Shown here piece after piece: positions 1 through 13,253 of a DNA stretch of 64,000 bases. The stretch is from NCBI GenBank assembly GCA_964106915.2, contig OZ066931.1, one strand, 5' to 3'. The position numbers and the translations under genes are program-made. This DNA comes from Podarcis gaigeae (lineage: Eukaryota). Positions within the stretch are counted from its first letter, which is position 1. The number at the start of each line of letters is the position of its first letter. The notes beneath the pieces are model-generated. The model made no database searches and was not told where the DNA came from. It saw nothing but the letters and a program-made list of their open reading frames with translations.

Positions 1-1672
1 CCACTTCAGGTCTAGAAAAGTAGGCCAAGAGAGACAGGAAGGGAGATTCTAAGACTGGTTGTTCTGCATTTACTTTGACCCCAAATCACTTCTCTCAGGG
101 CAAAGAAACAGCAAATTTAAATAAAGTGTGCATGGCTAAATTTCTAAAGTTTCATATTCCAATGATGAACCGGCTGTGACTGACATTTATTCTCATTCAT
201 TCTCCCCCTCCCATCAGCATTTAGTGTGTGAGCTTCCTGGGGCAGGTACATGCCTATTGCTTAAGTATAATGCCAGCACTTGTTTAGCTAAGCCAGCTCA
301 CATCTTCTCATAACTTCCTTAGTTCCTTCATATTCAGGGTGACCAAGAAACAAGCCAGGATGGGGTTACAGATGGGAGTAGACACGTTTGCCACAAGGGG
401 CATGGAGTAGTTTTTATCTGTCCAGAATATGCCAATTGGTGTGTTTGCCCTTAAAGGTAACCGTTTGCCATTCATTCCTATAAGAAAACAAAGTACAATA
501 CTCGGAGCCAAGACTGCAGGGAGGGTAAAGCCTACTATCTACTGATAATTGGTCTCCTGATGCTCAAAAGCAAGGGATCCCACAGAGGACTACATCATGA
601 CCATCCCATCAATGACCCCAGGAGTCAACTGTGGCAAGGCTGTTCTGCATTCTGTTTTTATAAGAACATTGACACCCACCCTTCAGGGTTGTCAGCTTGT
701 CAGTTATGCATGTGTGAATGCACAGAGATCACAACTGGTGGTGCAGGTTGCTTAACTATAACAACTGCTATCAGTGCAGTCACACAATCTGCCTTCCTTC
801 CCCATGGCAGGCGCCTTTTCTTTGTGATTTACACTTGACATCTATGTGGCAGTTGCAAAGTTCCCACCTCACCCTCTGCTGCACATCCCTTGTTAGCTTC
901 TTTTCAAGGGGACAAGGAGCAGGCCCCAATCCTCAAGCTAGTTCTGTAACTTGTTCCTGAAACTGGCTCTGCACAGACCCCCAAACCCATGGGTATGCAC
1001 GACAGCACAGACTAGGCCTAAAGAATAGCAGGTATGGACTCTACTGAATCTCTCTTGTTACTTCTGCTTTTGGAACCTGGCACAGTTCAAACTATTTGAG
1101 CATATAACCCAACACAGAGAGGCCGCCTTTCTGTTCCATCAGGAATCAAACATGACTGATGAGCTCTGAGGGATAGCAGTGCAGGCAACAGTTTTAAGAA
1201 CAAATAATAATGTTAAATGTCATAGGAATTACACTGTAAGCAAGTGAGTTATGATAGTCTTATGAGTTCTATTTAAAACCATTTTGTAAAACTTAAGTGT
1301 CCGAACCAGAGAAATACAAATGAACTGGAACTGAACCCAAAATTCTAATTATTCAACCCAACTTCTTAGAACCTGCAGAGACACTCTTCTCCCGCAATTG
1401 GGCTTAGTGCACATGGTAAACTCAAGGACAATGAACAGGAAGATAATTCTGTGGCCAAAGGCATGTATACCCTGTTGAACATTCACAAGCCCAATACTTG
1501 GATGAAGTAGGGCAAAGGATCTCCTCATGACTTCTGAGCCAGGAGTAAAACCCAAAAGATCAGATGCTCAGGAGATCTGAGAGCTGGGGCCTTCATCTCA
1601 GCCACTGACTCTCATGTTTCCTAGGATCCTCCCATTTAGATATAATCTGCTCCACATTGCAGATAAACTCAC

Positions 1673-1750
1673 CTAGAGGAATAAGGTTGTTGTGGCCAAC
1701 ATTGGTGCCACCAGCAATCACGCTGCTGAGATCATAGGCTGTGGGCATCC
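1673..1750 (-). CDS. CARM1: CARM1 exon 14 (GMPTAYDLSSVIAGGTNVGHNNLIPL)
   Basis: ctgcag acceptor, G|gtgagt donor, 78 nt; matches the CARM1 C-terminal region. Confidence 0.95.
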
Positions 1751-3260
1751 CTGCAGCACGGGGTAGAAGGGAAGAGGGTGAGAAACGAGGAAGGCACTAA
1801 CCAAGACACACACACCTAGACCTTCAAGCATCCTGCCCAGCACCGTTGTGGCAGGAGAGGCCATTACATGGTAAGTGTTAAAGACGCATGAGCCTCTCCA
1901 AGCCACACACACTGCACCACCCCTCCTCCCATAAGCGGATTTTCAAAAGGGGGCAGGCTGTTCCAGGCAGGGATAGGGTTCTTCATGCAGAAGCTCTCCT
2001 GGGCAAACGCTGCAGTGAAGCTGGGCCGTAATCTGGTTCTTACAGAAAGATAAGAGAGGGGCTTCCTCACTCCACTCCACAGTACTTGGAAGTTCTCTCT
2101 TCCCTTCTATATGTCTGGCTGGGTTGCCTGAGAAAGAGATGCCTTGCCAAAATTGCCTTTGGAGGAGGAAGGAGTTGCTGCTTGAGAACTAGCTGAACAA
2201 AGGTGGATGGAATCTGGATTTTCTCTGTCGAGGAAGGCTGGCAGCCTTGTTGGAACCATCTCAGCAACTGATGGTGGCTACAGCACTTGCTGTGCCTGGG
2301 AGAGGGGACATAGGTGTTGGCCAACTCAACTCAGACAGGTACAAAGGGGGTGAACAGCAGTGGCCAGCGGAGAGAAGCCCAATAGGAGAATGGTTGGGGG
2401 AAAGGGAAATTTTCTCCCAACAGAAGCTGGGTAGACATCAAACATACACCAGGCTGCTGTACCCCCTGGGACAATAGGAGATTTATATTAATCACACTCC
2501 AAGTCCACTCTTCCTTGAAAAAAGCAGCTGACACAGGGCTCCCAGCAATCTCTCATCCACATCTGCTTAGTTTTACCAGTGCTAAAAGGTCACGACATTA
2601 GGTGCTCAGCAGAATGAGACACAACATTGAGCAAGATGCTGAGGGGTTACAGGCAGCTGCCTGCAGGTGACAGCAAGAAACACGAACAGAAAAATGTCGA
2701 CAGCACCAGTGCAACAGGTACTCCTCAGTCTCAGTGCTCCAGTCAGCAAATAGTAGTCAACATCAAAACGGTCAACTGGAAAAGGAAAATTCATGTCTGC
2801 TGTGTAAGTACGAGCATCATCATGTGTGAGCTCGGGGCAAGGAAGCCAGCTTCTTTCTGCTCTGAGGTAATTTCCAACAGACTGAGGGTATACATGCCAC
2901 ACAATGATCTACTGCAGAACCACCAGCAGGAAGATAAGGGCAGAGGCACGAACACCCCAAGGTTCTTGTAAGGATAGTAATTATATAGAAGTATGATATT
3001 CTGCATCACACATGTGCCAACTCTACAGAGAGAGAGAGAAAGGCAGTTGCCACATCCCAAGAATACTGTTCTAGTTGCAAATGATTTGCCTGATTAATGC
3101 TATGGACACAGTGTCAACAGGGCTCGCCCTTGGAGGAGAAAATTTGCTCTTCATCACCCCATAGCTACTCAACATCTAAACTCTGTGACATTAGCTAGAA
3201 AATCCTCCCACTTGTTATGCTTGCCTCTGCAGACTGCTCAATTTTGATTACATGGGTCTA

Positions 3261-3680
<420 letters not shown>

Positions 3681-5603
3681 TCACTCACACACACAAACAC
3701 CAGCGCCAATGTCAATACTCTGGAGATCAAAGCGCCCCAGTGGCTCATCATTCTAGACATAGTGGGCCATTTCCAACCATCATCCAGAGGAGCAGGAGAG
3801 TCTTGTGGCAACTTAAAAGCACAATAAATTTATTGCGGCATAAGCTTTTCTGGAATCCATGAAGTGGGTTACACAATCTGGCATAGAGAGAGAAGCTAAT
3901 ACTGTGGGGCCAAGAGACCACTGAATGAAAGTATATGACATGTCCATATGCATTCAAATGCATTCTAGGATTTTATAAAAACATCTACCTTTGGTTTAAG
4001 AGAAGAACACACACCAAAGCAAAATTCTGCTTTTAGCTTTAAAAAAGAGGAGACAGGGGGATAGCTTACCTGAATGTTTATGCAGATAATGAACTGATGT
4101 TTCAAGTAGTAAAATACAGAATATCTCTATCCCTCACTCACTTACACACACACATGGATGTATTGAGCACTGCCCAATAGATAGCCATGACAATCATTGC
4201 AAAATGTTCAGTTGCCTATTGCAGCAGTGCTGTTCCTGCTACTTTCACTTTCTTGCAGGGTAGAGCCTGAAGCACTTTGAAAATTTGAATACACACATGG
4301 CAGGACACATAAAAAAAACCCCTCTCTACAATACTGTGTCTCCAAAAAGCTATTGTCGGTAAGAAGTTGGTGCCAGAATTCCTCTGCCAAACTTTAATCC
4401 AAGGACAGCTCACAAAGTGCCATCCCATCATCCCAAAACAGTGTGGGTCAGTGATCAGGGATTATAGGAGTTGTAGCTCAACATCATCTGGAAGGCCACA
4501 GCTTAGCCATCCTCTCAAACTAAACCAAGTATTCGAGAAGTGGTGGCGATGCATGTTGTACAACACAGAGACTTTGCCATCACATCCCACCAGTAGAAAG
4601 TATGGGTCCCCCCAATAAAATTCAAAATTTGGCTTTGTAATTCGGAATTTATGTGATGTGATTTAATTTGATGTGATTGGCCAGTTAATAAAAATTATTT
4701 TTAAAAAATAGAAAGCAAGAGCAACTATTCTGCTTGCCACTGTTTTAAGGGCTCCTGTCCAAAATGCAAGATGCAGAGAGGCAACTATGCCACTGGATTT
4801 CTAGGGCTCCAGCAGTCTCTGGCCAGGAGCAAATATCTTTAAATATCTGCACACTAACCTTTCCTCACCCACTCAAGATAGATCACAACATGAATTAGCA
4901 AGAAGTTGTTGGAAATAAAAGCAAGGACTAACTACATGTGAATGTTTTAAGGCAGTAGAATCTGATTTACAACAAACCAGGACCCAAATGAGGAGATGTC
5001 TCCCTTCTCATCAAAGAAGCACCTAAATTGACTCATGCTTAGATTCCTAAGTGTGAGCAGTGAAATAGCCTGGTTTGTGGAAGATGGCAAGTTATTCAAA
5101 ATCTGGCTGGCCACTGAGGGAAACCCAGATACTGGGTGAGATGATATGTGGGGTAATCCAGGGGGGCTTCTTATACTCTTAGCCTTGCTGAAAGGGCCCA
5201 CATTCTAGTGGTTCACATTTATTCATACTATTGGGGGGGCTCACCCCAGAAGATAAAGGAGGAATAGGAAGAAATATGCATCTTCCTGTCCCCTTGCTTT
5301 CCTCTCACCAGCAAAAAGCTATCTGACTATACTAGTAAGAAAGGAATGCATTTCTGCTCCTTTCCTACCCCATTTGCCTGAAATTGCTGCGTGTCTTTCC
5401 AACCCAGCCCCCGATCCCTCCCAACACAGGTCATGAAAGCAAAACGATTCAATCAGGAAGAGTTAGCTTGCTTCCCCTGCCAGTCTGCCCAGTGAAGACT
5501 TGCTTTAGAGTTAGGCAGAAGTAGTTCCCTGAAAAGCAGTTCCTCAAACACACTGCATCCTCACTCACACAAGCACACATTTAAAAAAGCAACAACTTTA
5601 CTA

Positions 5604-5792
<189 letters not shown>

Positions 5793-6658
5793 TCAGCAGG
5801 GCCATTTCTAATGGAGACCAGGACTCTGCAGGAGGGTGAGAGAATCTTGCTTATTGGGAAAGGAGATGGAGACACCGGCAAGAAGTCCGGCAACATACAC
5901 TTCCCAAGTGTTGCAGAAAGCTCACCTTCTGCTCTACCAGTTCTACCTGGACGAGGGATATCTTAATTTATTGATCTTTAGCCTACTTTTCAACAGTTGT
6001 TCCTTAAGCGGGTTAGAGCTAAAATATTACAGTGTAAATAAAATTATAGTGACAATGATGGAACATTAAAAACAACATCTTAGCAGCAGTTTGTCTGAAG
6101 AGAAATGTCTTAATAGCTCATTTAAGAGGGCCTGTTTACTGGATATATCACACGGGAGTGATTTCAGAACTTGGGGGACCATCACCAAAAAGGATAATTT
6201 GGGGGCAGCCACCAGCATGATTGGATTCATGTCTCTTAATCTTAACTGCAGGCCTCCCTGATTCTATACTTTCAGAAGTCTTCGCAATGGCAATAAGCCG
6301 GCAGGCACAAAGGAGTGTAACTGGACTCAGATAAGGCCTAAAACTCAGGCTCTTTCCTAGTGTGAGTCACAGGAGAAGTTGGGGCAAATCCCCAAATGTC
6401 AGGAGTGCAATGCGCTTGCTCATACTGCTGGGTTCTACGAAGCAGAGTGAAACACCAAAATGACAGCTGTAACCAAAGCAAGCTGTGCAAAGGGAAGACA
6501 GGCAAATATTGCTCACAAGATCTTTCTGAAGTGCAAAAAAACTGCTAGCAGCCAAGAAGGCTAAGCTTGGATTCAAGTTACACAAGCCCAAAAGTAAGTT
6601 GCATCTTCCTGTTGGGAAAGTAACTATTATCCCTATTTATTGATGAAAAGGTAACAAC

Positions 6659-7291
6659 CAGGGTGAATTTGATTTAAATCAAATCGATTTAAATAACTAT
6701 TTAAATCACTAGTCAGTAAGACTTGATTTAAATCATTTTTTTTATAGAAAGACTCATTCTTGATGGTAAATCTTAATATTTACAACCAGAAGAAGGTTTC
6801 ATTTTTGGAATAAAAAATTTTCAGAGTAGTCTTTCCAAATTACTGATTTGGTTATACTAGTATAAATACATAGACAGATAATTATGAAATTATTGTGAGG
6901 TTTAATAAGTTAACTTTATATTTGGACAACTTTTCTGCTGTACTTTATTGGAAGGAGAAAAATAATCATTTCCTTAATAACAATTTATTTAACTAAAACA
7001 GTAACATTATAGCATATGTATCCCTGTTTGTTAATTGATGTAGTTAAACAAAACAAAAAAAATCGAGACTGAATTTTAGCACACATGAAAAACTTAAAAC
7101 AAATCCATATTCCCTGATGAAGAGCCTTTGGACTATAATGTAACTTAAATAGAAAACTAGCTTTAGAAATATTTTCCCTCCAAAATCATTTTATTTTAAA
7201 AATCCGATTTAAATAAAAAAATCCAATTTATATCCAAAAAAATCTGATTTTTAAAATTTATTTTTTAAATCATCAATTTTTTCCCACCCTG
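6659..7291. mobile_element. Non-autonomous hAT-type DNA transposon, AT-rich
   Basis: Termini CAGGGTG...CACCCTG; perfect 8-bp TSD GTAACAAC (6651-6658 and 7292-7299); subterminal ATTTAAAT repeats at both ends. Confidence 0.85.
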
Positions 7292-7448
7292 GTAACAACT
7301 TAATCAGCCTGGCACATAGCTTTGAACTCATCTTTCTCTGGTTCAAGTCCAGCACACAACACCCTAGACGACACTGCCGCTGCAGAATCTGACCTGGCTG
7401 CAAGAGGGCTTGTTTTTCCATGTGGCTGAGCTGGCCCCTCTCAGCTTA

Positions 7449-7613
<165 letters not shown>

Positions 7614-8840
7614 TCATGTTTAGACACAAGGACTTGAGTTGTCACAAATCCACATCCTACCCATCTCAGATTGCTCTGTTTCCCAACTGTCAGCATATCC
7701 CCAGCTGCAAAGTAGCTGCACTCAGGCCTGACTTGTCATATACCAATCTGTTTTCACTCTCCACAGAGAAACCAAGGCTCCTGTTTTTCCTCTTCAAGTC
7801 AGTCCCTCTTGAAAGTTCAGTTTGGTGGCAGGTGTGCATTTTTGAAGCACCTGTCAATACTTTCCTGCTTGATCTTGCTTTCAATGGTTAGTGTTACAGT
7901 ACAGTCCTTTTAGTCAACTTTTATTAGTGCTTAAATCAATTTTAAATTGATTAAATTTTAACTAGCTGAAGCTTCACTTGATTAATGAGTGAGAGCCAAC
8001 TTTAATTAGAAAGGGCACAATTAATAGTAGACTTGTTACTTTTTGAGGATATTTTGGTTCTGTTACGTTAGCAGTAACAGGAAACTGAAGATATGCTTTC
8101 CTTCTAATCATTATAGTCACTTTTGTGGACTAGTGGTTGTTGAAAACAACAATTCTCAAAACGCTATTATATTCAATCACAAAACACACAAAGTAAACAC
8201 AGCTAAAATACTTTAAAAACAGTGTAATAAGAGAGTATCTCCTCCAAAACACCCAACAGAACAGGGCCACCTTAGTCTGCTTGCAAAACAGTGACACAGC
8301 AAGACAAGCAGATCTCCCAAGGGAGTTCTTTCTAGTGCTTTGAGACAATTACAGAAACAATTTAGCTATGTTTTGAAACTAATATGGCATCCATAAAAGG
8401 TAGTCGCTGCAATAGGACCTCATTAGATAATCTCAAAATCTCCCATGGGAGGCAGCATTCTCCCAAGATAGCCAGGGTTTTAAAAATTAAGAGCTTTAAA
8501 ACCAACCAGTACCTTAATTGGACTTGGAATTAAATAAAGAAACAAAATGAGAATTGGCAAGCAAGCATTCGCTCTATCAAACTGTGCAGCCAAGAGCAAA
8601 TTTAGCGTTGTGAAGAAATGCAAGCTTCCATTTACTATCCCGAGGGCTGTTTTTTTCTAAATATGTTTCCCTGCTGCCAAGTTAAACAAACATATTTACA
8701 TTCATCTACCGAAGGACACAAGTCAAAAGATAATTTAATTTGAACTTGCCAGTTTACTGCAGTGTAGGAGTGATAATCAGTTATCTGTTTTATAAAATCC
8801 AAGTTCTGATGGGAGGAAAGAGCACTTTTGCCACCACTTA

Positions 8841-9332
<492 letters not shown>

Positions 9333-10320
9333 CATGTATGTGCATGTATGTATGTAGCTGGAGATTTGAGACTGCCTCTGTCTCATATAGAGGCCATCTA
9401 AGATCTTCCTTTAAGTTGGGTCTTATCAGGCTGTCGCTCCCACTTTCTCCAGCTGCACTAATCAATAGTGTGTGGCTGCTTTCTTAAGGGTACTGTTTTT
9501 TTGCTTTTTTCATTCTAACCTGAATATAAATTTTGGACGTTCACATTTTCAGAAGGTCAAAAGATAAGAGCCACCTCGCTGATACAGACTTGAGACATGC
9601 AAGAAGTATGCATAGTCATTCTTCACTAGACGATTGTATCTTGTCATTGCTCAACAGCCTTCTTCTGAAAACAAGCCCAACCTGGATGTGGGTGGGAAAT
9701 AGTTAAGACTCCATTGGCTTGAGGAAGGTTTTTTGACTTTGTATTTTTGTATAGGAAGTGGCAATACAAGAGACTCCCCATGAGACAGTACCAGAATCAA
9801 GACCAGAGGCCCTGCTCTCCAACCAACTTGTAAGACTTGTAAGACTCTGTTGGAAACCAGAGACTGAGCGTTCTCCATGTTTGAAACTCCCAGAGAAATA
9901 TGGCTTTGTCACTGCTGATTTTTAGGAAAACTCTGAAGAGATTTTTATTCTAATCTGTGTCTGATCTATTTACTATGCTAGAAGAATTTTAGCTGCTGGT
10001 GCTTTTAAATTAATGATTAAACTGTTGCTATTTTGATTTATTTTAAAACCTTACTTAAATTTCCCTTCGCTGGACAGTGTGCCCTCAAAAACAGGTTGTA
10101 ATTTTTTGAATGAACCATAAATAGCCTCAGCAGACATGGCCTGAAACCTCAACAAGCAGAGTGATGGATGGTAGAAAACACAAAGAACAGGAAGTCAACT
10201 TGAACAGTTCTTAAACGTTGGCCCTCCATAGTTTGGAACTCTCTTATACCAACTCAGCCCATTTTTGTTTATCCTGACCCCTGAGTCTGAGGTCTCCTGC
10301 AAGCCACTAGACGGTTTCTA

Positions 10321-10686
10321 AAGGTAAGGTAAAGGGACCCCTAACCATTAGGTCCAGTCGTGACCGACTCTGGGGTTGTGGCGCTCATCTCACTTTATTG
10401 GGCGAGGGAGCCGGCGTTTGTCCGTAGACAGCTTCCGGGTCATGCGGCCAGCATGACTAAGCCGCTCCTGGCAAACCAGAGCAGCGCACGGAAACACTGT
10501 TTACCTTTCCGCCGGAGCAGTACCTATTTATCTACATGCACTTTAACGTGCTTTCGAACTGCTAGGTTGGCAGGAGCAGGGACCTAGCAACGGGAGCTCA
10601 CCCCGTTGTGGGGATTCGAATCACCGGCCTTCTGATCAGCAAGGCCTAGGCTCTGTGGTTTAACCCACAGCGCCACCCGTGTCCCT
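10321..10686 (-). mobile_element. Sauria SINE, full length
   Basis: tRNA-like head at the right end, (ACCTTT)n tail; 12/13 TSD TAGAC(G/T)GTTTCTA (10308-10320, 10687-10699). Confidence 0.92.
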
Positions 10687-10710
10687 TAGACTGTTTCTAG
10701 CGAACCTTAG

Positions 10711-10968
10711 AGAGCCAGTGTGGTGTAGTGGTTAAGAGCGGCAGTCACATAATCTGGGGAACCGGGTTCGTGTCTCCGTTCCTCCACATGCAGCTGCTGG
10801 GTGACCTTGGGCCAGTCACACTTCTGTGAAGTCTCTCAGCCCCACTCACCTCACAGAGTGTTTGTTGTGGGGGAGGAAGGGAAAGGAGGTTGTTAGCCGC
10901 TTTGAGACTCCTGAAGGGGAGTGAAAGGCGGGATATCAAATCCAAACTCTTCTTCTTCTTCTTCTTCT
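10711..10968 (+). mobile_element. tRNA-derived CORE-type SINE (Squam3-like)
   Basis: Box A-like GTGGTGTAGTGG, box B-like GGTTCG, CORE-like TGGGTGACCTTGGGCCAGTCAC, (CTT)n tail. Confidence 0.8.
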
Positions 10969-11258
10969 TAATTGGTTAAAGGGTCAAGGGAAGAAGAATG
11001 GGCTCCTATGCAGGACCAAAATATGGTTCAGGAAAGACTGCCAGGCTACTTTCCTCTGGCTCTGCCACACAACAGTAACAATACAATCATGAAGACTCAT
11101 ACACTGGCATGTACTGCAGTGACAATATCTTTTTCTTTTTCTCTTTTCTTTTTTAAGGACGGAAACAGTGTAACTTTGGCTTCTCCCACCCCTGTGTAAC
11201 AGACAGTTGGGAGCCAGACTGGATTATCTCTCTGTCTCCTATAAAGGGGATAACATAC

Positions 11259-11344
11259 CTGTGCAAATCCGCTTCTTTGGCGTCTAAGAAGTTCACTGTG
11301 TATTTAACAGATTTGGCCATTAGAATCCTGATATCAAAGGTGTC
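11259..11344 (-). CDS. CARM1: CARM1 exon 9 ([29 protein letters not shown])
   Basis: cccaag acceptor, AG|gtatgt donor, 86 nt. Confidence 0.97.
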
Positions 11345-11737
11345 CTTGGGAAGAGAAGCACATAAATGAAAACCTCTGGTTGGGTCAGGAAGTGGAAAAC
11401 TACAAGTCTGAGCTGCTCTCCACTCACTTCCACTCCCAGACAAATGTAAAGAAGACAGACAACAGACTACTAACCTACTCTGAGGGCCAGAAGATGCTTG
11501 TGAATATTATGCCATACAACAGAACAATGCCTTTCTTCCCTGCCACCCTAAGAGGGAAGCAGAGATGAGCATCATGGTTGCCAGCCTTGCTCTGTTCCAT
11601 GCAAAACAGTGGCATGAACCAAGACACACTACTCCCCCAGTGCTCAGTGCTTCCTTCAGATGGCAATATCAGTTCCCTAGTGTTTACTTGCTCCATTTGA
11701 AGAAGTCAGACCTGGGATAAGTTACAGGCCACCCAAT

Positions 11738-11884
11738 CAAAACAAAAAAATTCCTTCCAGTAGCACCTTAAAGACCAACTAAGTTAGTTCTTGGTATGAG
11801 CTTTCGTGTGCATGCACACTTCTTCAGATACACTGAAACAGAAGTTTCCAGACCCTTCTATATAGTGAGAAGGTGTAATCTGTA
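11738..11884 (-). mobile_element. Short Penelope-like element terminal fragment
   Basis: 14-bp TSD ACAGGCCACCCAAT (11724-11737, 11885-11898); minus strand carries a hammerhead core followed by GTCTTTAAGGTGCTAC, resembling reptile Penelope pseudo-LTR ends. Confidence 0.75.
11794..11831 (-). ncRNA. Minimal (Penelope-type) hammerhead ribozyme motif
   Basis: Minus strand reads GUAU-CUGAAGA-A-GUGUG(CAUG)CACAC-GAAA-GC-UC/AUAC: complete CUGANGA/GAAA/UH core, 5-bp stem II, 4-bp stem I, palindromic AGCU in place of stem III. Confidence 0.75.
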
Positions 11885-12307
11885 ACAGGCCACCCAATTT
11901 CACCTTTGTTTAAATGTGTCTAACAGCAAAAGCATAAAACTGATGGCTCTCTATATAAGAAAAATGCTTATGTCAGGTGCACTATGGTTTTCAAAATTAA
12001 AGTATAACAGGTGTTCAAGCCATCAAGAGGAGGCTGGAAGCTTGTGGGTTCTCATCAACTGGGCTGATTACTGGTTGTGCTACTTGTGAGCAAGTAACCA
12101 AGCTAGCACATGGTATCAGTCTCTAATGAACACACACAGGCTGTGGTGATTAGACTCCAAAAGCTGGAACCCCCCCCCCCAATTTCTTCTGACAGAAGCT
12201 CCCTTAGGAAGGCTCCGAGGACTAGAGACAGCTCTCAATCACATTTCATCCTTCCCCCTCACCATGCTCCCACCATCAGAAAGAATGTCAACTTTTGCCA
12301 CAACATG

Positions 12308-12700
12308 TCGGTCCTGTATACCTGAAGGAGCGTCTCCACCCCCATCGTTCAGCCCAGACACTGAGATCCAGCGCCAAGGGCCTTCTGGCGGTTCCCTCAT
12401 TGTGAGAAGTGGGGTTACAGAGAACCAGACAGAGGGCCTTCTCGGTAGCGGCGCCCGCCCTGTGGAACGCCCTCCCGTCAGATGTGAAGGAAATAAGCAG
12501 CTATCTTATCTTTAAAAGAAATCTGAAGGCAGCCCTGTTTAGGAAAGTTTTTAATATTTAATGCTGTATCATTTTTAACACTCGATTGGGAGCTGCCCAG
12601 AGTGGCTGGGGAAACTCAGCCAGATGGGCGGGATACTATTAGTATTATTATTAATAATAATAATAATAATAATTACTACTACTACTACTACTATTATTAT
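12308..12700 (+). mobile_element. L2-clade LINE 3' fragment with (AAT/TAC)n tail
   Basis: Encodes an ORF2 C-terminal remnant (RAFSVAAPALWNALP...LKAALF), then 3' UTR GCTGCCCAGAGTGGCTGGGG and a microsatellite tail; several other copies in the window. Confidence 0.85.
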
Positions 12701-12727
12701 GATGTCAGCATTATAGGACAGACTTAC

Positions 12728-12809
12728 CACAACAGGCTGCCTGAAATATTCATCTACTGCTGCACCCCGAAGTGCAGACAAGTCTACCCCATGGAAGGAT
12801 GGCTGATAC
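12728..12809 (-). CDS. CARM1: CARM1 exon 8 (YQPSFHGVDLSALRGAAVDEYFRQPVV)
   Basis: ttgcag acceptor, GTG|gtaagt donor, 82 nt. Confidence 0.97.
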
Positions 12810-13133
12810 CTGCAAGACAAAACACAGCAGGCTAGGTGACTTGGGAGGGTCCGGGTATCCAAGGATGCACCAATGTGAGGTTTCAAATACCAGTCTCCTC
12901 CCAAAGAACCAATACTGGAAAGATAGCAGTTACACTGCAGAGGACCATGGAGGTTCTTCTCTGCTATCTAGAAGACTAGGAAAGATGGGACTGCTAAGGT
13001 TTACCCAAACCTGAGTCTGTCTGGCACAGATCAACACTGCAGTTTGTTACATGAGCAGCTAGTTTTCTGTCAGGTAAACTGCAGCAGTTGTGGAACTGGG
13101 CTGAGAGCATTGCTTCCTAGGAAAAGTGGCTTA

Positions 13134-13253
<120 letters not shown>

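Noticed and set aside
308-511. ORF containing 'PLRANTPIGI' as CARM1 exon 15
   Set aside because: Only ANT resembles the expected ANTGIVNHTHSRMG; the rest does not match, so exon 15 is probably beyond the window
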